DNA from: Podarcis cretensis | Lineage: Eukaryota | Reading direction: 5' to 3' | Assembly (NCBI GenBank): GCA_951804945.1 | Contig: OX638161.1 | Location: 39,742,001-39,806,000 of the forward strand | Length of the DNA stretch: 64,000 nucleotides | Part shown: piece by piece, positions 25,409 to 36,952 of the stretch | How the letters are laid out: each line of letters starts with the position of its first letter | Numbering within the stretch: the stretch's first letter is position 1 | The notes under the pieces: model-generated | What the model saw: the letters and a program-made list of their open reading frames with translations, nothing else | What the model was told of the DNA's origin: nothing | Databases searched by the model: none | Position numbers and translations under genes: made by a program

Positions 25409-27799
25409 TGGGCACCAGGAACAAGAGCGCGTTCAGCTACAGGGACATCGCTGCGGAGACGGGAGAACAGTGAGAACCACAGAGAAGCCCACCAGGAAGA
25501 CCCCGCCACCCCAGCAATGCATTTGGTCTTCTGCGAAAGTATAAGCGCCACTACCATCTTTGCATTTCAGACCCCGAGAATACATCCAAGTACTCATTCC
25601 AAAAGACATGGGGTGATAGCCAACTGAGCCACACTCAGCGTAGGCCCACTGATTTCTGTGGGTCTACTCGGAGTGTGACTTATTTGGCTAGTACCCTAGG
25701 CGCCTTAAATTACAGTGGCAAAAAGCACTGGGGCACCTTAGAGATCAAGAGTGCAACATTTACGGAAGTGATTCCTTTTGAACTCAGCAGGGTTAACCCT
25801 CAAGTTACATAAACTATGAATGAGATTCCAATTCCCCAGCCTCCTCACCAGTTACTGCCTCCTCCAAATTGGGCTGAAATCTAAAACATTTCAAAGAAAC
25901 CCTAACTGTATATGTGCACTCTGTGCACACTTACCTGAATCTGTATGTGCATGGATATAATGGTGCACAGTGTCTGCACATGTGCACAGTCTAAATTGGT
26001 CTTAAGAGAGTCTTGCAGATAACATCTTCCCTTGTGGATGGGAATGCAAACATGCATATGTCTACAAGGTATCTGTGAGCAAAAACATATACACAAAGAC
26101 ATGCATTTTACGTCTGTGAATAACTGTGTGTACAGTTATTCACTGTACATTCATGACATTTGCATGCCAGTGCACCCTAACTTCATATATGAACATGCAC
26201 TGCATCAGCAAGAGGGTCTGCGATACTCATACTTAAGATCTGTTAACACCAATAATCTAATTTTAACCATCCTGCCATACCCAGAACAGATGAAGCGTGC
26301 AGTTTTCCTCCAGCTTTCAATATGCACTCATGAGTGAAGTGGGAATTCTAAACTGAATTAGCCATTCCAAGGATGCAGACTGGGTAGCTATTCCAGATAA
26401 CTGAGAAGAAACCAAGTTTGATCGTGCATAGGAGGTGGGGGCTTTGACTCTGAGGCAAGGATAGAAAGAAGGAGACTGCAATTCTATGTGTGACCCTTGC
26501 CTTATATCCCTTATTGCAATGTGCATCACATTTTTGCAAGTAGAGCAGACTTGTTTACAGACATTCAGGAGGAACGCTTAGGACATCTGAATATGTACCC
26601 TAAAGATCGTTCACACAAACTATGTAATTCCCAGGGCTCCTTGGGGGTTGCCGTCTATCCCCAAGATACAGCAGATGTCAGCTGCAGAAACTCACTTGCT
26701 TATCTGCTGGGAATTACCTCTTGCCATTACTTAGATGTAGATCTGTATTACCAGGAGATAAACCTAGCGGGTATCTCTTGGCACAGCTATAATGCAGGAC
26801 TCAGAGCTGAGTCTGTTCTGCTCTGGAACCCATTTCCAAACAGCCCTAGAAAACAGTCTAAGCAGAATATTAATACATTTTTAACTGGTATCTGCTGATA
26901 AAGAGCAGTCTCCCAGCTTCTCTGCAAATACTTTCTCCAGATGCTGCTCGTCCAGTTCTACAGAAATATGTTGAAATACAAAATAGAACCGACTAGAACG
27001 GCAATTACATTTTGCACAGATCTGAAGCTTGGCAATGTTTCAGTGGATTGCGTTTGAATTCTGACCATTTTCTAACCCTACTTTCAAAATTTAACTTTGA
27101 GAAATACTTTTAAAAAACAACCCTGGTTCATTCATTTTAAAGCTATCATGCTATGCATCAAGTTGCCAAATCCAGCTCTTTTGCACTTTTCTAAACAAAC
27201 AAATGCTAAAGTCCAAGAGCATCCACTACTGGAAATGTTAAGGGGGAAAAGAAAAGATGAATAGGGAGAGTATAAATTCACCATGTTGCTGTCAATATGA
27301 ATTAGGAAAAGAGATTCCCCCATCAGCAACATCCAATTCATTTCATTTCCACAATCCACCAATCTTACAGATTGTTAACACTGGATAAAAGGGAGTCATG
27401 CACAATCTTTCAGCTAAATTCCTGTGACCAAGTCCCTGTCACAGCCATAACATAAGAACCAGCTTCGTTGCTTAATCTGAACTGAGACTTTGGCAGCCTT
27501 AGGCCAATGAATCTTCCAGAATCTAGCGACAGATTCTAGAACGATCCTGAGTGCCCCCCCTCTTTTGTGTTTTGTTTTTGGGCTGATTTTGCTCGACTAT
27601 AGGGAAGAGGGCACCTCTGGGCATGTGCTGAGTGCCCTTCCCTCACTCCCATCACGAGCCAGCCCGAAGGCATTTGGGATTATTTAAAAATAAATAAATA
27701 AACAAACAAACAGAAGGGGTTTCTAGGGGAGCTGGATTCCCCTTGGATAGGGAACGGTAAGAGGGGGAGGAATGCATTAGAAGAACCATTTGCGTTAAA

Positions 27800-28730
27800 A
27801 TCATCTTCATCACAACAATCCCCGGCTCGACCCCGATCCTTTAAACGCAAACAAGTCTCGCTTAAAGGGAGCAGACCCGTTGCAATGCAAACCATCTCTC
27901 GTCCACCTCGCAGATCGAGGGTCCTGCTCCCTCCCTTCCTCCTGGCGCCCGGAGCTGCAAAGCTTTCCCCGCCCGCCCCATTTGTGATCTAGGCTGGGCA
28001 GGAAGGGGGAGCGGGGGGCGAGGGAGAGAGCTACCCACCCAAACCAGGAGGCATAGGCAGCGGCTATTACCTGTTTTGCATTGTGATCTGCGGCAACTGA
28101 AGGTTTCAATGGGCCGGCGGTGGGTGGGGAGATGAGCGTCCGGTGGGAAACCTCTCGCCGCCCGGCCGCTGCAGAACAAAAGAGCCGGGCTGGTCGGAGC
28201 CGGGCATCCGGGAGGCGCACGGACCCAGCAGATGGACCCGGCGGAGAAGGCGAGCGCGCCAGTCGGAAGCGCCTCCTGGGTCCCAGCGCCGACCCGCCAG
28301 TGCCTAGAACCCCCCGGGGAAGGTTGGAGAGACCTGGGAGAGCCCAAACCAGGGTTGCCTGCTCAGTGCAGGGGGGGTGTTGAGTCGTTGTCGGCATTCT
28401 GTTCCTTTAAGAGTTGCAGAGAACGGAGATTCCCCCCACCCTCGACGTGGCTTTTCCCACCACAGCGCTGCAGTGCTGGGAGAAACAGCGTCTGACAGAA
28501 TGCTCCCTTCTATGCAACTCTTTTAAAGGGACAGGGGATGCGCGTGTGCCAATTCCAGTTCGACGCCTCTTTGGGAGGAGGATTCACGCATCGGAGGAGC
28601 TGTGGTCTTCTTCCATGACAGATAGCGCCACACTAAATCAGCTGGTCTTTTGGGTGCCAAAGGACTCTTTGTCGTGGAAATCCAAGACTTTCTGTTTCTC
28701 CTCGTCGCTTGGCCGCCTGCGCTGATGATG
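27800..28730 (-). promoter_or_regulatory. ZNF524: CpG island promoter and non-coding exon 1 of ZNF524 (splice donor after 28071)
   Basis: CpG-rich stretch with a minus-strand donor AAACAG|GTAATA at 28071/28070, compatible with the acceptor at 25451. Confidence 0.65.
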
Positions 28731-29035
28731 TTAAGGGCAGAACCCCCCCCCCCTTTCCATGCTGGGAAAAGCTTCGCTTGGAACACCGTGTAGAGTTCTG
28801 GTCTCCACAACTCAGACAAGATGTAGAGCTTGAAAAGTCCCGTCCCCCCCCCCCACACAAAATGGAGTGCTTTGAGCTTCTTAGTTTAGGAGGAAAGGGC
28901 ATTTGGTGCGGGGAGCATGGTAGAAATATATAAATATATGCATCTTGCGAACCTGGACAGCGATAAGTTTACCTCCCGATCTCATAAAATAGGTCCATGT
29001 GAAGCTGGATGTTGGAAGATTCGAGGCAAACAAAA

Positions 29036-29175
29036 GGCTAGCTCAGTCAGCAGAGCCTGAGGTTCTTAATCTCAGGGTTGTGGGTTCCAGCCCCCATTGA
29101 GGAAAAGACTCATGCATCACAGGGGGTTACACAAGATGACCCTCGCGGTCCCTTGCAACTCTAGGATTCTATGAT
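29036..29175 (+). mobile_element. tRNA(Lys)-like head / CR1-tail SINE inserted in a CR1 fragment
   Basis: Head GGCTAGCTCAGTCAGCAGAGC...GTGGGTTCCAGCCCC carries A- and B-box-like motifs, followed by the CR1 3' end GATGACCCTCGCGGTCCCTTGCAACTCTAGGATTCTATGAT. Confidence 0.65.
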
Positions 29176-29620
29176 ACTTCTTGAACAAAGCATACCATAG
29201 TTAAACTTTGGCATTCACTCCCACAGGAGAACACCAAACTGGATGGCTTTAATGTTGAATGGTCACTTTAAAATGTGAAGGTTCATTACTGTTTCACAAG
29301 TTGTGTATGTCTTTAAGGGCCAGGGCCAGGGCAAATAACGAGACCCAGTCTTACAGCTGTGAAACATAGCAGGTGCTGCTGAGTTGTGTTAATCAAGCTG
29401 TGTGTAAGCAATTGGGTGTAATATATAAGGAGCAGCACCTAGCTCTCCCATTACCCTGGGGGATGGGTTGGTGGTTGGGTCTGGTTTGTTGTTGATGTAT
29501 TTAGTGTATAAGGAGTTTTTGTTTTTGTTATTAAAACCTTGTTTAAGTTATTTTTGAGTCCCTTTTTAATGCATGGTCTCCCCAGCGCTACTAAACTGCA
29601 AAAAGCCAACATTTAAAAGT

Positions 29621-29767
29621 GACAGATAGGTAGCCGTGTTGGTCTGCCATAGTCAAAACAAAATAAAAGAAAAAAATTCCTTCCAGTAGCACCTTAAAGA
29701 CCAACTAAGTTAGTTCTAGGTATGAGCTTTCGTGTGCATGCACACTTCTTCAGATACACTGAAACAG
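29621..29767. mobile_element. Penelope-like element terminal fragment
   Basis: GGTAGCCGTGTTGGTCTG...AAATTCCTTCCAGTAGCACCTTAAAGACCAACTAAG...GAGCTTTCGTGTGCATGCACACTTCTTCAGA; a near-identical copy lies at 60731-60825. Family assignment is from recall. Confidence 0.55.
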
Positions 29768-29963
29768 TGAGTTGGACAAATCCATGGAGGAGCATGCTAT
29801 TTGTGGCTAATGTTCTACAATCAGGCTCTGCTTCCCTGCTTCCCACAGGCATCTGGTTGGCCACTGTGATTACAGGATGCTGGGTTGCCATATACTCTCT
29901 TTTTCCAGGACAGGTCCTCTTTTTCATTATGAGAGTTGCCTTAGAGATCCATAGTTAAAAGTA

Positions 29964-30308
29964 AAGGTAAAGGGACCCCTGACCATTAGGTCCAGTCGTG
30001 ACTGAGGGTTGCGGTGCTCATCTCCCTTTATTGGCCGAGGGAGCCAGCATACAGCTTCTGGGTCATGTGGTCAGCATGACTAAGCTGCTTCTGTTGAACC
30101 AGAGCAGTGCATGGTAACACCGTTTACCTTCCCGCCGGAGCGGTACCTATTTATCTACTTGCACTTTGACGTGCTTTTGAACTGCTAGGTGGGCAGGAGC
30201 AGGGACTAAGCAACAGGAGCTCACCCCTTCATGGGGATTCGAACCGCCGACCTTCTGATCGGCAAGTCCTAGGCTCTGTGGTTTAGCCTACAGCGCCACC
30301 CGCATCCC
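29964..30308 (-). mobile_element. Sauria SINE (older subfamily)
   Basis: (ACCTTT)n tail, conserved core TACCTATTTATCTACTTGCAC, tRNA-derived head, and flanking duplication ATAGTTAAAAGTA (29951-29963 and 30313-30325). Confidence 0.85.
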
Positions 30309-30855
30309 TCAAATAGTTAAAAGTAGATGTCGGCAAATATGTCCTCTTTTTTTCTCTTCAAAGTATGGCAACCCAAAGACCCTTTGGCTCAATCCGTAAG
30401 CAGGGCTCTTCTTTATGGTCTCTCGAAATATCAGTTGCCAGGGAGCAGAAATGGGGAGAGGGCTTTTGTGCTTATGTTCTATAGGCATCTGGTTGGCCGC
30501 TGTGAGGAGGCTGTATTAAATGGCCATTTGGTCTGATCCAGCAGGGCTTCTTCTTCATTCTGTCTGTTGGGCAGTTGTTACAGGAACAAAAACATGCTTC
30601 TGTTAAAAAAGAAAGAAAAAGGTGGCACCTTAGCCTGCTGTTTGCTACAGAAAACATTTGGTGGGAGGAATTAAAATAGCTATTCAAATTATTCAGTACT
30701 GAAATATCAACGCTTCCCAGTGGGGCAGCAGAATATGTTGCTGCAAAACAGCAATGAGTCTTGTGGTACCTAGAAGACCAACACATTTATTGTGGCATAA
30801 GCTTTCATGGACTAGGACCCACGTCACCAGATGTATGACATGTAAGCCTCACTTA

Positions 30856-30859
<4 letters not shown>

Positions 30860-30931
<72 letters not shown>
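30860..30931. repeat. Compound (CT)n(CA)n microsatellite
   Basis: Direct inspection. Confidence 0.95.
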
Positions 30932-30933
<2 letters not shown>

Positions 30934-32285
30934 ACGTAAGGGGGGGTGGGGAGAGAAAGAGTTATAAGCAGTGGAATTCAAGGGAATTGTTCAATTCTAT
31001 GACTTCATTCAGTGGACTTATGCAATGCTGAAACAAAGTGAGGAAGAAGACACAGCCTTACGGAACCTCACAAAACATGCATTGTGGGCCTCAGCAGAAA
31101 GTTCCTCCAGCACCAGCTTCTGGGAAACAGTCTTTCAGCAAGTAGGATGAGAACGACTGTAGCAAAGTTGCTTCAGCTCCCATCCTGAACAGCCAGGCTA
31201 GAGAAAGCTACTTGTGGTTGTGATTCTGAAATCTGCAGAGATGCTTAAGAAAACTGACTGGATCACAGTTGTCTGCATGTCTTCTCCCAGTGCTGGTCAT
31301 TCAGCAGGGTGATCAAGGTGTTTTTTAGCATGGAACCTAGTCTCGAACCCAGATTAAAATGGATCTAGATCAGGGCAGCAAACCCACAACCTGCCTAAAT
31401 ATTTTATTTTAGTTCGCTCCCCACATTTTCAAAAATATATATTGCTGTCTGCTTCCTTGCTTTGATACTGTGACACCAAACATTTTTTCTGGTGCTCCAA
31501 GAACCCCCATTGTCTATTAATATAAAAAACTTAATAATGTTTCATTCCACCTTACTGCTTCACTGAGATGCCAAACATTTTCTGAGACCCCCTAATTTGT
31601 CCATTTTAAAAATGCTTTTAATTTATTTTTAGATGTCTACTTTAAAACTGACTACTCCTGCATTCCCCTTGATACAATTGCTTTGTGAAAATGTTTTTGT
31701 GGCCCCCAAGTCCCCCTATGTGCCCTCTTAAAAAAAACTAAAATATGATCTAGATAATCTGCCCAATCGAAAAATGTCTGGAGTAGTACAGCTGCTTACC
31801 CCTTCAGCACTTTCTCTCCCCTTGAGGCTTGTGCTGTGATCCTCACCACTCTGTTGCCCTTTTTGCTGCCTGTTACAAAAGGGAAAGAGGAAAAATAGGG
31901 ATGGGAATGTTAAGTCACCTGCAAACACCTGCCACTTGCCTCCGCCTCCTCCTCCTTCTCCTCTCTCTTCTATTGTGGTAGCAGTAGCAGCAGAGTCATA
32001 GACTCATGCTGTGGGTGGGTGCTGTGCGCGCATGCACACACGCACACACACATTTCCAGACATTTTCTTCCAATAACAATACCATATTGGACAAGCAGTG
32101 TCTCCAGCCCTTTCCCCCAAGATGCCTAGTGCAACCTAGCTCATTAGTGCAAATGGGGCACAGCTCCACCTACCTGATTCTGTCCTCAAGCAGCGCCCAC
32201 CTGCCTGCCTACCTGCAGATGCTCCAAGTGTCCCTATTTTCCAGGGGCATCCCTAATTTTGAGAAGCCGTCCCAGTTCCTGATTT

Positions 32286-32527
32286 GAGAGCCAGTGTGGT
32301 GTAGTGGTTTAAGAGCGGTAGTCTCATAATCTGGGGAACCAGGTTTGCGTCTCCACTCCCCCACATGCAGCTGCTGGGTGACCTTGGGCTAGTCACACTT
32401 CAACCCCACTCACCTCACAGAGTGTTTGTTGTGGGGGAGGAAGGGAAAGGAGAATGTTAGCCGCTTTGAGACTCCTGAAGGGGAGTGAAAGGCGGGATAT
32501 CAAATCCAAACTCTTCTTCTTCTTCTT
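32286..32527 (+). mobile_element. tRNA-derived squamate SINE (Squam3-like) with (CTT)n tail, nested in an older repeat (about 32220-32830)
   Basis: Head GAGAGCCAGTGTGGTGTAGTGGTT and tail CAAATCCAAACTCTTCTTCTTC. The host repeat (GTCCCTATTTT...GGAGAAATGTTGGAGGGTATG units) continues on both sides. Confidence 0.7.
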
Positions 32528-33680
32528 GATTCTGGAATGTCTTGCTTTTCTTCAGACTGTCCCTATTTTTATTGGAGAAATGTTGGAGGGTATGGTAGGA
32601 TGTCCCTATTTTCACTGGAGAAATGTTGGATGATATGGAGTTATCCGACTCCCAAGTCATCTGAAGGCAATCCAGTATAGGGAAGTTTTGTAATGTTTAA
32701 TGTTTTCTTATGTTTTTATACAGTATATGTTGGAAGCTACCCAGAGTGCTGGGGCAACCCATTAAGATGTGTGGTGTATAAATAGTCAAATTATCATGGT
32801 GGAATGGGACGCCCCTGTTTTCATCAGAGAAATGTTAGAGGGTATGTACTTGCTTAAAATCCAGGCCAGGTTGCAGCAACTTCCCGATACCTTCCTCCAC
32901 ATCCTTAGTCTCAGTGTCCTTCCCTTCTTTCCCCCCATGTTGCTTCATAGGCTGCAAACCTCTTGGGGTCAGGGACAGGTCATTTTCTTCTCTATTATGT
33001 GTCGGCACACAGATAATAAAATTGGAAAGGGCCTCAAAGGTCTCTAGTCAACCCCCCTGCCAATATAGGAAACCCAGCACTTCAGTACTGCTAACACCGC
33101 AGATTGACTTCACCCTCGGAGGCACACTCCATTGCCTGTTGAGACAGTCAGATGCCAACCAGTATTACAGTGCCTGCGCCAGAGTCAACCCATTATTTAC
33201 AACACTCAGGTGGGAACATAAAGACATGGCTCAGTGGTAAGGCAACTGCTTTACAAGTACTTGTAGAAGGTCCCAAGTTCAATCCCTGGCTTCTCCAGCT
33301 AGAGATGAAAGAAAGACCCTCTGTTTAAGAAGGAGGGCAAAGGGCCCTATCTTACACATCCTGGCTGGGGCCAGTAGCCCAGCTGGTTCGCCTCCAGTCT
33401 CATGTCTAGCCTATTTTCACCGATGAAGCAAGACTGCAGCACTATTGGTTTCTGTTCTTCGACTTCCAAGCTGAGAAATGAAACTTTCACTTCTGCAGAA
33501 AAAAATGCATGTGGACTTAACCTTTGCAGCAGTTTCCTTTAACACTAGAAAGATGAGAAACTAAGTTCTGTGAGGGACTTGGGCTTGTCCCATTTAATTT
33601 GCATAGCCCACATCCATAGTCCTCAAAAAACACAAATCCTGATGCTCCCCCCCACCTATAAATTTGGGATTACCTGCTAT

Positions 33681-33821
33681 CATGGGTGTAGCCAGGCCTT
33701 TTGGTGGTGGTGGGGAGCAGGTCTCTTGTTGTGGGGACAGAATCTCAGTTACTTATGTATTTTTATTTATTTTTAGTTACTGGGGGGGACAGCTGCCCCC
33801 CCCCCGCCGCCTATGCCCATG
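33681..33821. mobile_element. hAT MITE
   Basis: TIRs CATGGGTGTAG / CTATGCCCATG with an 8-bp near-identical TSD CCTGCTAT / CCTGATAT. Confidence 0.7.
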
Positions 33822-34239
33822 CCTGATATGACGATAATCTGATATTTTGGGGGAACATCAGGCTCCTAAACACTCCACTCGGGGTATGTGAACCAATTGT
33901 CATTTTCTGCTTTTCTTTTTTCCATGCCTGCACACTCCTCAAAGCTTTCATTTCTGTTTTGGCTGTGCTTCTAAATATTTCTGATGTGCTCGGGAAGGGA
34001 GGAAGATCCCTCACTTTTTATCTCTCCTGATTTACTCAAAGCCAGGGAACTGCGAATTCACAATTGCCAAACTGTGTGCTTTTGCACATTTCTTGGTGTG
34101 GAGGCATCGTTAAAAACAAAACAAAACACCAAGTTGCAGGCACAGCAATCTGCACCTGTCCGTACTTAATAGCCATAACAGAACCAACAGATTAGAAGGC
34201 AGAGACTAAAGAAAAGATGAGAGCTGCTTCTCATACGAT

Positions 34240-34520
34240 AGCCATCTTGAACTACCTTAAGGGCTGTCATGTGGAGCAAGCTTGTTTTCTCCTGCTCTGG
34301 AGGGCAGAACTCAAACCAATGGCTTCAAGTTACAAGAAAAGAGATTCCAACTAAACACCAGGAAGAGCCTTCTGATAGTAAGAGCTGTTCAACAGTGGAA
34401 CAGGTTGTGGACTCTCCTTCCTTGGAGATTTTTAAGCAGAAGTTGGGTGGCCCTCTGTCATGGATGCTTTAGCTGAGCTTCCTTCATTGCCAGGGGTTGG
34501 ACTCATTGACCCTTGGGGTT
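34240..34520 (+). mobile_element. CR1 LINE 3' fragment
   Basis: Remnant ORF2 C-terminus (GRTQTNGFKLQEKRFQLN..KSLLIVRAVQQWNRL) followed by a CR1 3' UTR-like GGGGTTGGACT...GACCCTTG. Confidence 0.75.
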
Positions 34521-34556
34521 TGTTAAGAGTGCTGGGAATTGTAGTTCGTAAGGGGT

Positions 34557-34990
34557 AACTGGATATGGAATAACTGATTGGTTCAAAATTGTGAAAGGAG
34601 TACAACAAGGCTGTATATTGTCTCCCTGCTTATTTAAATTATATGCAGAATTCATCATGCGAAAGGATGAACCCCAAGCCGGAATTAAGATTGCCGGAAG
34701 AAATACCAACAACCTCAGATATGCAGATGACACAACCTTTGATGGCAGAAAGTGAGGAGGAATTAAAGAACCTTTTAATGAGGGTGAAAGAGGAGAGTGC
34801 AAAATATGGTCTGAAGCTCAACATCAAAAAAACAAAGATCATGACCACTGGTCCCATCACCTCCTGGCAAATAGAAGGGGAAGAAATGGAGGCAGTGAGA
34901 GATTTTACTTTCTTGGGCTCCATGATCACTGCAGATGGTGACAGCAGTCACGAAATTAAAAGATGCCTGCTTCTTGGGAGAAAACCAATG
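34557..34990 (+). mobile_element. BovB/RTE LINE reverse-transcriptase fragment (disrupted)
   Basis: Encodes WFKI.KGV.QGCILSPCLF.LYAE, LRYADD (YADD at 34720-34731) and LMAESEEELKNLLMRVKEESAKYGLKLNIKKTKIM, broken by frameshifts and deletions. Confidence 0.88.
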
Positions 34991-35619
34991 ATAGCAAGTA
35001 TCAAACCCAGTGGGTTGGTTGTGCTTCTTTGGAAGAGAAGAGGGGTAGGTGAGAATCAGTATTAAGAGTTGGTAGGGACCTCAAAGTCCACCCTACTGCA
35101 GACAGCTTTACACCACTTTTAATAGTTATTGGGTCCCCTAATCCTGGGAACTATGTTTTTCCTCTCCCAGAGCTACAATTTCCAGCACCTCTTACAAACT
35201 ATAGTTCCCAGGATTCTTTGTGGGGGAAGGCGTATGATTTCAGTGCACCGTATGTGCCAAAGTAACCCAAAGACTTGGGCTACAATCCTAACACCACCTT
35301 GTCTGGCAGTAAGCTCTGTTGAATTCAGTGGGACTTCCTTGTGAGAGCTGCCGCTATAGTCACTACGCACTTTCGCTGAGGCAGCAGGGGAGGCATTTCC
35401 ATATCTGTCTCTCTGGAGCCAGCCGTAACTTAGGGATCGTAGATCACAAGGATCCTAGAATCGAAGAGTCGGAAGGGACCCCAAAGGGTCATCTAGCCCA
35501 ACCCCCTTGCAAGACAGGAATCCTGCCAACTACAGCTGTCTCTGGATGGGCTGGATCTTGGCCACTCCCTTCTGTAGTGTATCAGATACCGACTCTTCCA
35601 CCTCTCCGCCTTTGGGACT

Positions 35620-35899
35620 GAATGCCCACCGTCTTTGCCCCACATCCCCCTCTAAAAGTGCCCGCCCCACTCCTCAGCTCCGAGACATTCCCCGCCTCTT
35701 TCCCAAACGGAGCGAAATCGCTTTCGGTTTCCATTTCGCCGGAATCAAAAGCGACTGGCATCTTTAAAGCGCAGCAGCCGCTGCTTCCCCGCCCTCCGCC
35801 TTGAGGCGAGGTAGGGCGGCGGACCTATTTTGGTCCTTAGTCATCGTCGGCCGGGAAGCTGCGCGGAGATCTTCGCACCTGCATCTTCCAAGAGACGCG
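35620..35899 (+). promoter_or_regulatory. CpG-rich promoter and non-coding exon 1 of the sacsin-like gene
   Basis: GC boxes (CCCGCCCC 35661-35668, CCCCGCCC about 35787-35794), TTTAAA at 35763-35768, and donor GCG|GTGAGT at 35899/35900 upstream of the ATG-bearing exon. Confidence 0.7.
35720..35738. promoter_or_regulatory. Interferon-stimulated response element (ISRE/IRF-E), three tandem TTTC units
   Basis: GCTTTCGGTTTCCATTTCG equals TTTC-NN-TTTC-NN-TTTC and matches the ISRE consensus TTTCNNTTTC. It lies in the proximal promoter. Confidence 0.7.
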
Positions 35900-36952
35900 G
35901 TGAGTAATAACAGACCGCAGGTGATGGGGACCGATTCAACAGGACTCCTGGGCTCCTTGGGAGGAGTAACGGGGTTTAAACAGGCTTAGAAGAAGTACGA
36001 GCGTCTCTGGAAACACAGCGAAATGCTCTGATCCTAAACACATTTGCTTAGTTAATACAGACACTTCTAGCCCACCTTTCCTCCAAAGAGCGCAAGGTGC
36101 CTCGTTCGCATTTTATCCTCCCAACAGCCTGGGAAGTAGGCTAGGCTGAGAGATTGGCGTCTGCGAGCCATCGCTTTTGAGGTTTTCCTCACCTAGCAAA
36201 TTCCCCGCAGAAGCAAAAAGCTAATACTTCAGGCGGGGGAGAAAAATATATAGCTCGGCCTTGTTCCTATCGCTCTAATTTCTACTTGCAGGGAACTCGC
36301 CTTTTCTTCTTATAAAACTTGGGAGGGAAAGTTAAAACGTCGACTTGCCTTGACGTTTAGCCTTGTCGACTAAAATGGTGCAGTGCTGGGCTCTTAGACC
36401 TCATTCACCTAGTGTAGACTTGGCTTATAGTGTGACTATACAGTAGAAATACAAATATGGCTGTATTCTAAATGGTACTGCGTGAAATTACCACCGTTTT
36501 GCATTCTGGGGAACCACCTGCGTCTAGTTGGCCTGGCTGGCAGGCATTCAAAAGGCGAAACTTTCCCTACCGTCTGGATGCAGTGATAATCAGGGAAGAC
36601 CTTGTCACTTGAATGAATTTTGTTTCCCTGCATATAGCAATTAAAAGAAAGGCTGAAGAATGTGAGGTGGCAAGTGAGCAGCCCCACTGTTCTGGTACCC
36701 AAGCAATTCCTATAAAACTGTAGTTGGGAATCTACAAATGTAAACCCCTCCCCTTTGCTTTCTTGACACTCACCCCAGACACCATCTGGGCTCTGCATCC
36801 TCCTCCATTGTTTTTGGCTGGCTTGGAAGGTGTCCTTGAACATTTTTGATAATGCCTTTTGTTTGCATAGATATATAAGTTTGTGTCCATCTAGAAGCCT
36901 CTAGCGTTGAGTTTGCTGGGATGTTTCCTTCTTGATGAGGGTAAGAGGCACA

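Noticed and set aside
27810-28725. ORFs in the ZNF524 upstream island
   Set aside because: CpG-island artefacts with no domain similarity.
29036-29110. Possible tRNA-Lys gene
   Set aside because: Degenerate stems, and it runs directly into a CR1 tail, so it is a SINE head rather than a tRNA.
34643-35065. 140-aa ORF resembling reverse transcriptase as an active gene
   Set aside because: Short, frameshifted BovB fragment; the YADD motif is in a different frame from the rest.
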